Below, in pieces: positions 53,636-61,658 of a DNA stretch of 64,000 nucleotides. Origin of the DNA: Escherichia phage vB_EcoM-Ro111lw; sequence record MH571750.1, one strand, 5' to 3'. Below the pieces are notes generated by a model. That model saw only the letters and a list, made by a program, of their open reading frames with translations. It was not told where the DNA came from and did not search any database. The translations under genes and the position numbers were made by a program. Numbering within the stretch: position 1 is the first letter of the stretch; every line of letters begins with the position of its first letter.

Positions 53636-54100
53636 ATGAACAATATCATTACGGTAGCACTGGACGATACGGCAAACAAATCTGAAGTAGTTCGTAAAAT
53701 GATTCAAGGTAACTTTGAAGGTAAAATTTTCCGTGCTGTTAATGTAAAAGCTGATGGCAGCATTCGTGAATATCGTGCATTGTTGAACGTTAAGAAGCAC
53801 GTAAAAGGTGTTGGTTCAACGACTGCACACAAAGAAAACCTGATGACTATCTATGATATGGGTAAGGCTTCAGAGTTAGGTGCTGAAGGTATCGTTAAAG
53901 AAGGTGCTCCGTATCGCTCTTTCAATCTGGAAACTACCCTTATGCTTTCCTTTACAAGTGGTTCCAAAACAATCACTTATCTCTTTACTGATGCTGCAAC
54001 GGTATCTGCTATTAAGGATAGCACTGTCAAAGCTGGCGTAGTTGCTGCTGCAAAAGCTTCTTCGATGGCTGCAAATATCCTTGCTAAAGTCCTCGGTTAA
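53636..54100 (+). CDS. Hypothetical protein (start moved to ATG)
   Basis: Track start TTG; ATG with GAGAGAAG RBS. Confidence 0.5.
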   Translation: MNNIITVALDDTANKSEVVRKMIQGNFEGKIFRAVNVKADGSIREYRALLNVKKHVKGVGSTTAHKENLMTIYDMGKASELGAEGIVKEGAPYRSFNLETTLMLSFTSGSKTITYLFTDAATVSAIKDSTVKAGVVAAAKASSMAANILAKVLG

Positions 54101-54112
54101 GGTTAAGATACA

Positions 54113-54133
54113 GGCTCCTTCGGGAGCCTTTTT
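54113..54133 (+). terminator. Rho-independent terminator
   Basis: GGCTCC-ttcg-GGAGCC followed by TTTTT. Confidence 0.6.
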
Positions 54134-54152
54134 CATTTCAGGAGATTGTTAA

Positions 54153-54500
54153 ATGACATTTAAAGAGTTCTGTCAAGCTACTTTCATAGTTGTTTTCTTA
54201 GTTGGGGCAGGTGTCTGGGGAGGATACTCTTACAGAGACTACCAAGTTGCTGAAACTGAGCTAAACAATGAGAAGCTGATAAGTGTTGCTAAAGATGCTT
54301 ATCAGGAAGGATTAGCTACACTGAGCACCAATTACAAAAATGATTTGAAAGATGTGCTTGCTAAGAATAAGCACACAAAAGAGGTACTAACGTATGAAAA
54401 AACTAAGCCAGAGTTTTATAATGTTTGTGTTACTGATAATTATGTCAGGGTGTTCAACGAACAAAGTGAACAGTACATTCAAAAACTCCCAAGTAAGTGA
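54153..54500 (+). CDS. i-spanin-like protein (N-terminal TM anchor + periplasmic domain)
   Basis: N-terminal TM (FIVVFLVGAGVWGGY) then charged helical region; an out-of-frame lipoprotein ORF overlaps its 3' end. Confidence 0.4.
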   Translation: MTFKEFCQATFIVVFLVGAGVWGGYSYRDYQVAETELNNEKLISVAKDAYQEGLATLSTNYKNDLKDVLAKNKHTKEVLTYEKTKPEFYNVCVTDNYVRVFNEQSEQYIQKLPSK

Positions 54501-54663
54501 GGGTGACAAGTACACTCAAGAAGAATCACGGTATATCATCAAAGGTAACACAGGCAGTGATGTAGCAGCAGCACTTGAGTTCTACCGTGACGGCTTTTAC
54601 CAGTGTACAATTAAAGCTAATAACCTTATTGACATGATTTTATTAGGAAATAAACAGCAATGA
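54394..54663 (+). CDS. o-spanin-like outer-membrane lipoprotein (overlapped with upstream gene)
   Basis: Signal peptide with lipobox-like IMSGC; own RBS AAGAGG 8 nt upstream; starts inside 54153..54500 in a different frame. Confidence 0.4.
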   Translation: MKKLSQSFIMFVLLIIMSGCSTNKVNSTFKNSQVSEGDKYTQEESRYIIKGNTGSDVAAALEFYRDGFYQCTIKANNLIDMILLGNKQQ

Positions 54664-54929
54664 CAGAGAATGAAGATACTTTTTACGTAGAAGGGTACTT
54701 ACTGTTACCACGACCAAAAGAAACTTATATGCGAATTGACTTCATACCAACCATTATGGATAATGTGATGTGTCATATCTTTATGCAGGGTGTCACAGCA
54801 CAGCTTAAGTATGTTGGTAAAGAGTGCAAAATAAAGGTTGACACTCATCCAGAAATCAAAGAGAATCACTACACATGGTTCTTACCAGACTCTAAAGAAA
54901 TCTTAGCAGTTCTTAAAACGAGGAAATGA
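54660..54929 (+). CDS. Hypothetical protein
   Basis: 89 aa, overlapping start. Confidence 0.45.
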   Translation: MTENEDTFYVEGYLLLPRPKETYMRIDFIPTIMDNVMCHIFMQGVTAQLKYVGKECKIKVDTHPEIKENHYTWFLPDSKEILAVLKTRK

Positions 54930-55240
54930 TTATGCAATTCCAGCCAACAAATCGTGGATTTTCTTATGCAGAATTTAAAGATGCTAAAGGGGAAATTTGT
55001 ACTTTACAAGAGAGTTCATCATACGAACCATGTATCTGGTTAGGTGCTAAAGAGGTCTCTGTTCAGTACCTAGATAATGGCTGGAAAACACTTGATATCC
55101 CAGCATTAGTTGGTAAAGATTTTGTAGGTAATCAAAGAATGAAGCTCAATCAAGAACAGGTAAAAGAATTGTTGCCGTACCTCCAATACTTTGCTGAAAA
55201 TGGTGAATTACCAACAGAGGAACTTACAAATGCAGATTAA
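54926..55240 (+). CDS. Hypothetical protein
   Basis: 104 aa. Confidence 0.45.
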   Translation: MIMQFQPTNRGFSYAEFKDAKGEICTLQESSSYEPCIWLGAKEVSVQYLDNGWKTLDIPALVGKDFVGNQRMKLNQEQVKELLPYLQYFAENGELPTEELTNAD

Positions 55241-55556
55241 TGGAAGAGACTTTGTAGCCGTTTACTACGAGAAAGGTAAAGAAGTTGGTGTAGCACAAGT
55301 ATCTTATGGCAATGGTAAGTGGCTATATGGAACAATCGCAGTAGTAGGGACAAGAAGTGATACAAAAACTTTTAAAGATTGTGTTGACCTTCTTGAAGAA
55401 TCCATCCAGAATCATTGGTGTCTGATATGGATGACTGATAACGAAGTGATGGAGCGTTTCAAAAAGATTGATATCAACATTGACAGTATCGAGCATGTTG
55501 ATTTATATGAGCTAACTGAGAAGGTAAACTATGAAAGTAATACTAGCCAGAGATAA
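55230..55556 (+). CDS. Hypothetical protein (start moved to ATG)
   Basis: Track start TTG; ATG MQINGRD with AGAGG RBS. Confidence 0.45.
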   Translation: MQINGRDFVAVYYEKGKEVGVAQVSYGNGKWLYGTIAVVGTRSDTKTFKDCVDLLEESIQNHWCLIWMTDNEVMERFKKIDINIDSIEHVDLYELTEKVNYESNTSQR

Positions 55557-55764
55557 AAAGACCCGTAAAATTGTAAGTTCAGCAGTATTCATAGGGAGAG
55601 ATGAAGTCATCCCGTTTGCAGGAGAAGATGTGTTAACTTACAAGAAGGTGATGAAACGTGAGTTCAGTAACCGTTTCCGTGACTTCTTCTCTGAACCATT
55701 AGAAGACTTTAAAAGCCGTCGTGGTAAAGGTATCATCATTCAAGAGGCAATTATTCATGGCTGA
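55531..55764 (+). CDS. Hypothetical protein
   Basis: 77 aa. Confidence 0.4.
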   Translation: MKVILARDKKTRKIVSSAVFIGRDEVIPFAGEDVLTYKKVMKREFSNRFRDFFSEPLEDFKSRRGKGIIIQEAIIHG

Positions 55765-55957
55765 CTTCTGCAAAGACTGTTCTATCGAAATGTTTGGACG
55801 TGATACAGGTGACTTAAAAGGTCTCATCACTGAAGATGATTTTAAAGCTGGCTACGCAATGCCAGTAATCTGTGAAGGCTGTGGGTGCATCTGGGTAGAC
55901 CACGAAGGACAGCGTGTAAAACCTTCAGAAGATAAAGAATCTTGGGAGAGATGTTAA
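55757..55957 (+). CDS. Small zinc-ribbon protein (start moved to ATG)
   Basis: CKDC...CEGCGC; track start is GTG. Confidence 0.4.
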   Translation: MADFCKDCSIEMFGRDTGDLKGLITEDDFKAGYAMPVICEGCGCIWVDHEGQRVKPSEDKESWERC

Positions 55958-56743
55958 ATGGGTATTGTAAAAATCATCAATGGTGATATCTTTGCTGCAT
56001 TTGATAAAGGTAAGTTTGACGTCATCGGTCACGGTTGCAACTGTATGAACTTAATGGGTGCAGGTATCGCTGACAAGATTTCTAAACTTTACCCAAAAGC
56101 ATATGAGACTGATACAGAAGTTTATCTGTATGCAGGTGGAATAGGCCACAAGCCCTGTGAGAATTTACTAGGCAATTTCTCTGTAGCACGTTTAAAACAA
56201 GGCCGTATAGCTAACCTTTACACTCAGCTTAAGACTGGTAAAGATGCCCGATACAGTGCTTTAGAGTCATCTTTGAAACAGCTTAACAGATACTGTGAAG
56301 TCAATCAGTTGAAGAAAGTCGGGTTACCTATGATTGGTGCAGGTATCGGTGGGCTAGACCCTCAAGCCGTCACAGTTATCATTAATCAGGTGATGAAGAG
56401 TGTAGATGTTTATCTGTATGTCTACGAAGGAGAGATGTACCACAAGTTACGCTCAGGTTGGAAGAACTACTGTGAGCCAGAATACTTTGCAGGTGTAGTA
56501 ACGTTCACAGATGATGCAGTTACCCTCTTCAGACGAAGAAAAGGTAAGATACATCAAAGTAACCCTCCGGTTGAGAAGATGTCTCTAAGTAACGCTCTAG
56601 TTACCCACCTGTCGAAGGGCAATCACAGGATAGCCGTAACATTTGGCAGTGATGCAGATACATATATCTATGCAAGAACTGATGAGGATATCGAGACGGT
56701 CTTCTCTTCATCGGAAGTTACCTTCTTAGACGCAAAGAACTAA
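55958..56743 (+). CDS. Macro-domain (ADP-ribose-binding/processing) protein with about 100-aa C-terminal extension
   Basis: N-terminus VKIINGDIF...DVIGHGCNCMNLMGAGIADKI parallels the macro-domain pattern (GDIT...D.IVNAAN...GGGV..AI); RBS GGGAGAG. Confidence 0.5.
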   Translation: MGIVKIINGDIFAAFDKGKFDVIGHGCNCMNLMGAGIADKISKLYPKAYETDTEVYLYAGGIGHKPCENLLGNFSVARLKQGRIANLYTQLKTGKDARYSALESSLKQLNRYCEVNQLKKVGLPMIGAGIGGLDPQAVTVIINQVMKSVDVYLYVYEGEMYHKLRSGWKNYCEPEYFAGVVTFTDDAVTLFRRRKGKIHQSNPPVEKMSLSNALVTHLSKGNHRIAVTFGSDADTYIYARTDEDIETVFSSSEVTFLDAKN

Positions 56744-56827
56744 GAAACTCTGTATAATATTCACAATATACTAAGCCTTTCTTATCTGGTAAATTTTTCA
56801 GGTAAGGAGGGCTTTTTTATTTCAGGA

Positions 56828-57010
56828 TTGTGCAGGTAGAGTTCTGGACAGAAATCTGTAGAGAAAATTTTGAACTCCAAAGAGAAAATTCATTTTCAAA
56901 CTGTGCAGGTAATCTCCAAAGAGCTTTTTCATTTTCAAAACGTGCAGACCCCGCTCAGGTCGGGCAAGAAAAATCATTTTAGAATTGTGCAGGTAGGTGG
57001 ATGCAGGTGG
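56828..57010 (+). repeat. Tandem degenerate repeats (about 40-45 bp unit) with core CATTTTCAAA-N-TGTGCAGGTA in a 520-bp non-coding gap
   Basis: TGTGCAGGTA-like cores at about 56830, 56902, 56941, 56987 and 57001; AAAGAG...TTCATTTTCAAA precedes three of them. Confidence 0.6.
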
Positions 57011-57171
57011 GGATGTCGCCATTTCTCACAAGGCTAACACATCTGGAAATAAAAGTCAACAGAAAAATTTGTAGCGGATTGAAAAATAATTCTTGATTGT
57101 AGTTCTGTTTTGTGGTAGTCGCGTGCGCCCGTTTCATTACAATTTTTGCAAAAATATTTTTAAAATTCCTA

Positions 57172-57263
57172 TTGACTCTTTGAGTATGGTTATCTAATAT
57201 TTGCATCAACGGGGAGGGAATGACCTTCCCCACTAAGTAAAGTCCTAAACTGGAGATTCTAAA
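57172..57263 (+). promoter_or_regulatory. Type-A cassette 1: TTGACT-N17-TAATAT promoter plus conserved hairpin leader and RBS
   Basis: Leader TCAACGGGGAGGGAATGACCTTCCCCACTAAGTAAAGTCCTAAACTGGAGATTCTAAA immediately before ATG 57264; GGGAA-tgacc-TTCCC hairpin. Confidence 0.6.
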
Positions 57264-57644
57264 ATGGCATACCGTGCACCTAAATTCATCAACAAAGACA
57301 ACTTCCGCAACGCACTGGAGAAGTCACTTGATGAAAAATTTAACGGCAAATTGATTGTTGTTCACGCATTCAATTTTAAGTATGATATTAACGGGAATAA
57401 AATCAACCATTACACGGCAACCATGTTAGATGGTACGCTATCAAGTGAAAAAGCCGTACTGAATGCACTTGCAGGACGTGGTAAAAACCTGATAAGCTGC
57501 AATAAGAGACGTTATCAAGGTGGCGCATATGGTTATGATGATGCTGTTTACCATCTTGAAAATATGGGCTATTCAGTGGAGAAAGCTGGAGCGTCTCAAA
57601 TAATTGGTAGTGATGGTTATGTGACAATCTTCAAAATTAAATAA
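57264..57644 (+). CDS. Hypothetical small protein (cassette-associated)
   Basis: 126 aa, ATG after conserved leader. Confidence 0.55.
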   Translation: MAYRAPKFINKDNFRNALEKSLDEKFNGKLIVVHAFNFKYDINGNKINHYTATMLDGTLSSEKAVLNALAGRGKNLISCNKRRYQGGAYGYDDAVYHLENMGYSVEKAGASQIIGSDGYVTIFKIK

Positions 57645-57650
57645 AAGTAC

Positions 57651-57730
57651 TTTACAAGGGGCTTATAGTTCGATAAAGTAAGCCCCAGATAAAGAGCTTT
57701 ATCACTCAATCCTAAATTGGAGATTCAAAA
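57651..57730 (+). promoter_or_regulatory. Type-B cassette 1: TTTACA + GGGGCTTA...TAAGCCCC hairpin (with embedded -10-like TAAAGT) + conserved leader
   Basis: 8-bp GC-rich stem; followed by AGATAAAGAGCTTTATCACTCAATCCTAAATTGGAGATTCAAAA then ATG 57731. Confidence 0.55.
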
Positions 57731-57988
57731 ATGGCTATTATCAAAAACGTTGTAGTTCCTGCAAAAACTCGTGATGACGCTCGCATCATGGCGAAAAAGT
57801 TAGGCGGGAAAGTGGTTGACAACGGAAAACAATCTGCTGTAAGATGGAGCGTGAAGGCTGATAAGCAACTAACCTTAAAACGCAGTTCAAACAATCTTTT
57901 TAAAGGTGTAAAATCACTCGGTAAAGTGAACGTGTTTACCAAAAAAGGCTATAAAATGCACTTATCATTAACTGGCAATTTAATCTGA
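57731..57988 (+). CDS. Hypothetical small basic protein (cassette-associated)
   Basis: 85 aa. Confidence 0.5.
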   Translation: MAIIKNVVVPAKTRDDARIMAKKLGGKVVDNGKQSAVRWSVKADKQLTLKRSSNNLFKGVKSLGKVNVFTKKGYKMHLSLTGNLI

Positions 57989-57996
57989 TAAAGTAC

Positions 57997-58078
57997 TTTA
58001 CAGGGGGCTTAAAAGCTGATATCTTAAGCCCCAGATAAAGAGCTTTACCACTCAATCCTTAAACTAGGAGATTCAAAA
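57997..58078 (+). promoter_or_regulatory. Type-B cassette 2 (TTTACA + GGGGCTTAA...TTAAGCCCC hairpin + leader)
   Basis: 9-bp stem, -10-like TATCTT in 3' arm, conserved leader to ATG 58079. Confidence 0.55.
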
Positions 58079-58591
58079 ATGAAAACTGTAGAAGCTACCT
58101 TTGAAGTTGTAAAAGAAAAATTTTCCATCATTTACGAAGCTGTTAATTGCTTTGAAGCAAGCCATAACCTTGATAATTGGGAGTTTACAGATGACCATCA
58201 AGGCGGCGTGACTATTAAAAACCCCAACTGTCAGCGTAATGATTTTAAATATGCAATCCCTTTACATTACAGCCTTAAACAGCTTTCAAGTGACTATGCA
58301 AAACAAGGCCGGGAAAATCCATCAAAAGAGGCTTACATAAGCTTACAGAAAGAACTAGAAAGAGATTTAGAGGCTTCAGAATACAACCTTGCCGCGAAAG
58401 TTGTCGATGCAAATGGTCAAACAATTTTAGATAGTTTTTATATTGGTTACGCTTTCGATTGGTGCTATAGTGACGGCGATGATTTAGAGGATAGACTAAA
58501 AGAAGAGGTGAGCAATTCAGACGCAGAATCTGAAGTATTAGAACGCTTGGAAGCATTAAAAGATTCAGTGATGAATATCTTTAAGAACTAA
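58079..58591 (+). CDS. Hypothetical protein (cassette-associated)
   Basis: 170 aa. Confidence 0.55.
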   Translation: MKTVEATFEVVKEKFSIIYEAVNCFEASHNLDNWEFTDDHQGGVTIKNPNCQRNDFKYAIPLHYSLKQLSSDYAKQGRENPSKEAYISLQKELERDLEASEYNLAAKVVDANGQTILDSFYIGYAFDWCYSDGDDLEDRLKEEVSNSDAESEVLERLEALKDSVMNIFKN

Positions 58592-58600
58592 ATAGATTTC

Positions 58601-58678
58601 TTTACACGGGGCTATCAAGCTGATAAGATAGCCCCAGATAAAGAGATTTATCAACTATCCTAAACTGGAGATTCAAAA
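58601..58678 (+). promoter_or_regulatory. Type-B cassette 3 (TTTACA + GGGGCTATC...GATAGCCCC hairpin + leader)
   Basis: Different stem sequence from cassettes 1 and 2 but base pairing kept (compensatory changes). Confidence 0.55.
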
Positions 58679-58975
58679 ATGAAATTATCAAATAAAGTCC
58701 GTGAAAATCTAAGCAAGTTACTCAACAAAATTGATTTTATCGAGACATCAAGGAATAGTCATGATGTTATGGAATGGTTACACGGAAAAATCAAAGGCCG
58801 TCGTGTAGTGATTTGCTTATGGAATAGTTGCAGGGAATATAAAAAACCTGTATTACAAGTCAATATCTATGATGATACTTTTAAAAGCCCTGTAAAGTCT
58901 AAAAGTGATTTATTAGAATCCTATGAGATAACTGTAAATGGCAAAGTATCAAGTAAAGAGGAAACACCATGTTAA
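58679..58975 (+). CDS. Hypothetical small protein (cassette-associated)
   Basis: 98 aa. Confidence 0.5.
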   Translation: MKLSNKVRENLSKLLNKIDFIETSRNSHDVMEWLHGKIKGRRVVICLWNSCREYKKPVLQVNIYDDTFKSPVKSKSDLLESYEITVNGKVSSKEETPC

Positions 58976-59301
58976 TGACTGGTATCACTGCAATCATTGC
59001 CATTTTCGCGCTATATAAGGCATATAAAGCCTATAATCTAGCAAATAAGGCAATCACACAGCAGGTTAGCAATAGCCTTGTAGAAAGCTTTCTAGGGCGT
59101 CTCAGTGATGAGCAAATAAAGCGGTTAGAAATGAGCTTCAGATTCAAAGCGAAAACCTATCAGATAAGTGACATCTTCAAGGATGATTTCCAGTTAGTCG
59201 ATGATTATAATTCTCTGATAAATGCTTTAAATATCAGTGACTTAAAAGACTACTACGCTGTAATTGTTCAAGAGTTGAGCAAACGAAAACAAAACTGTTG
59301 A
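58969..59301 (+). CDS. Hypothetical membrane-anchored protein
   Basis: N-terminal hydrophobic helix (MLMTGITAIIAIFALY); RBS AAGAGGAAA. Confidence 0.5.
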   Translation: MLMTGITAIIAIFALYKAYKAYNLANKAITQQVSNSLVESFLGRLSDEQIKRLEMSFRFKAKTYQISDIFKDDFQLVDDYNSLINALNISDLKDYYAVIVQELSKRKQNC

Positions 59302-59390
59302 CACTGATTTTTAGATAGATTAAATTACACATCAACGGGGAGGGAACAACCTTCCCACTAAATAAAGTCCTTAAACTAGGAGATTCTAAA
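59298..59390 (+). promoter_or_regulatory. Type-A cassette 2: TTGACA-N17-TAAATT promoter plus conserved hairpin leader
   Basis: Consensus -35; leader ACACATCAACGGGGAGGGAACAACCTTCCCACTAAATAAAGTCCTTAAACTAGGAGATTCTAAA before ATG 59391. Confidence 0.65.
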
Positions 59391-59663
59391 ATGTATACTA
59401 CTAACAATGGCCTCACTTTGAACGTCACACTACGTCACTATGTAGATGGTGTCATGCACTTTGAAGATTTACAAGCTGAACAACATATCTTAGATTGGCA
59501 AGTCGCAGGACTCCAAAAAACTGCTACGGGATACGGTAAAAAGATTCCAACTAGTTGGAAAGTTCACTATGAAGGACGTTTGCGCAGAATTTATCAAGAT
59601 GTGCAAAGCAATAGCGCATCGAGTTACATTATAGTAAAAGGTGAAAAACTGCATTTAGTATAA
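59391..59663 (+). CDS. Hypothetical small protein (cassette-associated)
   Basis: 90 aa. Confidence 0.5.
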   Translation: MYTTNNGLTLNVTLRHYVDGVMHFEDLQAEQHILDWQVAGLQKTATGYGKKIPTSWKVHYEGRLRRIYQDVQSNSASSYIIVKGEKLHLV

Positions 59664-59668
59664 AGTAC

Positions 59669-59748
59669 TTTACATGGGGTTTAAAAGTTGGTATCTTAAG
59701 CCCCAGATAAAGAGCTTTACCCCTAAATCCTAAATTGGAGATTCAAAA
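59669..59748 (+). promoter_or_regulatory. Type-B cassette 4 (TTTACA + GGGGTTTAA...TTAAGCCCC hairpin + leader)
   Basis: Stem retains pairing through a G-U wobble; conserved leader to ATG 59749. Confidence 0.55.
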
Positions 59749-60153
59749 ATGGCTATTAATAATCGTGAGTTATCAATCTTAAAAGCACGTTTAACCGTTA
59801 ATCGAATCAATGTTATCACGTCATCAGCACCAGACGAGACATTACACAACATTATCGGGAAGATTCAAGGTGTTATCTTAGACGTTGAGAATGTAAAAAA
59901 CTCATTAGCAGACGTTGCAGCAGGTGTTACACTAGACGGCGCACAATATGAAATGATTGACATGTTAGGCAAATCAAAGGTTATGAATAAAGAGTTAGAC
60001 TTAAAAATGTTTCGATTTGCCGTGAAAGTATGGCTATCTGTCGAGTATGATGCTAATTTTGCAATTGCTGATTTCTTTGCCACTTGGTTGCAACGTAACT
60101 TAACAAATCATGATTTTCGTGATATCTGTGATGCAATTTACGCAGAACTTTAA
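59749..60153 (+). CDS. Hypothetical protein (cassette-associated)
   Basis: 134 aa. Confidence 0.55.
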   Translation: MAINNRELSILKARLTVNRINVITSSAPDETLHNIIGKIQGVILDVENVKNSLADVAAGVTLDGAQYEMIDMLGKSKVMNKELDLKMFRFAVKVWLSVEYDANFAIADFFATWLQRNLTNHDFRDICDAIYAEL

Positions 60154-60161
60154 AAATTTTA

Positions 60162-60253
60162 TTGACACTGATTTTTAGATAGACTAAATTACACATCAAC
60201 GGGGAGGGAACAACCTTCCCACTAAATAAAGTCCTTAAACTAGGAGATTCAAA
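60162..60253 (+). promoter_or_regulatory. Type-A cassette 3: TTGACA-N17-TAAATT promoter plus conserved leader
   Basis: Almost identical over about 90 bp to cassette at 59298. Confidence 0.65.
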
Positions 60254-60796
60254 ATGAAATGCTTTCACGGTACTACTCAAGAAAACTTTATCAACCTGAT
60301 TAATAACGGTGATAAACCATCAGGTGTATGGAATTGTTCGGATATGGACGGCAATTTTTACGTGTACCCAGAAAATAAACTCTATGGTGATGATGAGGAA
60401 GAGATAGCATCGGAAGGTATCCAGCAAGCTCTAGGAAATGCCACTATCACGGCAGCTTTTCAGATGAAAACTCAAAATATTGTTATCTTAGAACTTGACA
60501 TTCCAGAGGATGAGCTAAATGATGATTATTCTTGTGATAACATGTCAAATATAGCAAGCTTTACAGAGTACTTTGATGTAAATTGGATTAAAAAGGTCTA
60601 TACAACAGAGTTCAACGCTATGTATTCACCTTTTTGTCTCCCTTCACTGGATAACCCAAATTTGAATTATCTTGATGAAACATTGGAGCTACTTGCTAAA
60701 AGTATCCAACAATCCGACAGTATTCAGGTTTTTTGTGACATCATGGATACACTGACAGAAAACATTGTAGAGAGTGATTTAAAGGTCTTTTTCTAA
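60254..60796 (+). CDS. Hypothetical acidic protein (cassette-associated)
   Basis: 180 aa. Confidence 0.55.
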   Translation: MKCFHGTTQENFINLINNGDKPSGVWNCSDMDGNFYVYPENKLYGDDEEEIASEGIQQALGNATITAAFQMKTQNIVILELDIPEDELNDDYSCDNMSNIASFTEYFDVNWIKKVYTTEFNAMYSPFCLPSLDNPNLNYLDETLELLAKSIQQSDSIQVFCDIMDTLTENIVESDLKVFF

Positions 60797-60862
60797 AAAC
60801 CTATACATTCACCTTATAAACACTGATTAACCCCTTACAGGGGCTTTTAGAGGGCTTAAATC

Positions 60863-61096
60863 ATGCTTACAACCATTTATCTCATCCTTTCTATCTGTAA
60901 CGGTCATTCATGTGACTTTAAAGGGCTTGAAGAGTTTACAGGAAGTAAAGAAAATGCTATTCAGGTTTGCCAGATAGCAAGACAAGACTATCCCGCCAGT
61001 GACGACATTCAATGCTACTTTAAGACAGAAGATGAAGACGGCATCTATTTTGACAGCGTTGACGGTCAATATGAAATTATCATTGAAAAAGACTAG
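60863..61096 (+). CDS. Hypothetical small protein
   Basis: 77 aa; RBS AGAGGG; preceded by CCCCT-tac-AGGGG hairpin. Confidence 0.45.
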   Translation: MLTTIYLILSICNGHSCDFKGLEEFTGSKENAIQVCQIARQDYPASDDIQCYFKTEDEDGIYFDSVDGQYEIIIEKD

Positions 61097-61187
61097 ACAA
61101 GCCTGATAAAAGTCTGTAAATTACACATCAACGGGGAGGGAATGACCTTCCCCACTAAATAAAGTCCTTAAACTAGGAGATTCAAAA
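61094..61187 (+). promoter_or_regulatory. Type-A cassette 4: TAGACA-N17-TAAATT promoter plus conserved leader
   Basis: Leader identical to cassette 1 hairpin version (GGGAATGACCTTCCCC). Confidence 0.6.
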
Positions 61188-61529
61188 ATGGCTTATGTAA
61201 CCGTAATTACCGATAAAGCTGGCTCATCTTGGTCAACTCAGGTTAGTGATAAGATGTCGCCTATGCAGTGCCTAAAATACTTTGAGCAGTGGAACAAAGG
61301 CGAGGATGTAAGCCCCTTTCAAGTGATGCAAATCATCCATACAGATAACGAAGGGAATAAAACGACCTTGAACAGTGAATACTACGCAAGCCGTTTTGAA
61401 ACGAGAAGTAAAACAATGAAGCTTTTACGTGAATCCGGCTATTCTCATATTGCCGCGCTAATCTGGGATGACCTGCTAAAAAGCCAGCGTATCAGCTATG
61501 TAAAACCTGAAAAAATATTCATCAGTTAA
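61188..61529 (+). CDS. Hypothetical protein (cassette-associated)
   Basis: 113 aa. Confidence 0.55.
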   Translation: MAYVTVITDKAGSSWSTQVSDKMSPMQCLKYFEQWNKGEDVSPFQVMQIIHTDNEGNKTTLNSEYYASRFETRSKTMKLLRESGYSHIAALIWDDLLKSQRISYVKPEKIFIS

Positions 61530-61561
61530 TCAATAACTTACAAAAAACTTTTAAAAAAGTG

Positions 61562-61590
61562 TTGACAATACCCCTTGACATTGGTAACTT
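61562..61590 (+). promoter_or_regulatory. Possible additional promoter TTGACA-N17-TAACTT in a 220-bp non-coding spacer (tandem TTGACA hexamers)
   Basis: Two TTGACA hexamers 13 bp apart; no ORF directly downstream. Confidence 0.3.
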
Positions 61591-61658
61591 TGTTCGAGGG
61601 GGTTTATCTAAAAGGGATTCACTTAATAGATTCTTTATAGATAAACTTAAAAAATTGC

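Noticed and set aside
30662-53800. Numerous short minus-strand ORFs within the plus-strand replication/metabolism block (for example 30662..30871, 32455..32826, 37212..37418, 45949..46260, 47548..48075, 51706..52380, 53415..53800)
   Set aside because: All are embedded antisense in genes with strong motif support (primase-helicase, SSB, nrdA, PRS, NAMPT, rIIB-like, HAD-like).
56744-57263. tRNA gene(s) in the 520-bp non-coding gap (Felix-O1-like phages carry tRNA clusters)
   Set aside because: No GTTC(G/A)A-type T-loop or cloverleaf-compatible arms were seen by eye; a covariance-model scan would be needed to exclude it formally.
56822-60280. Minus-strand ORFs across the cassette region (56822..57022, 56979..57233, 57403..57627, 57712..57942, 58275..58556, 59234..59428, 59865..60083, 60053..60280)
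   Set aside because: They run antisense through the conserved promoter/leader cassettes and plus-strand ORFs; the cassette orientation argues all real genes here are on the plus strand.
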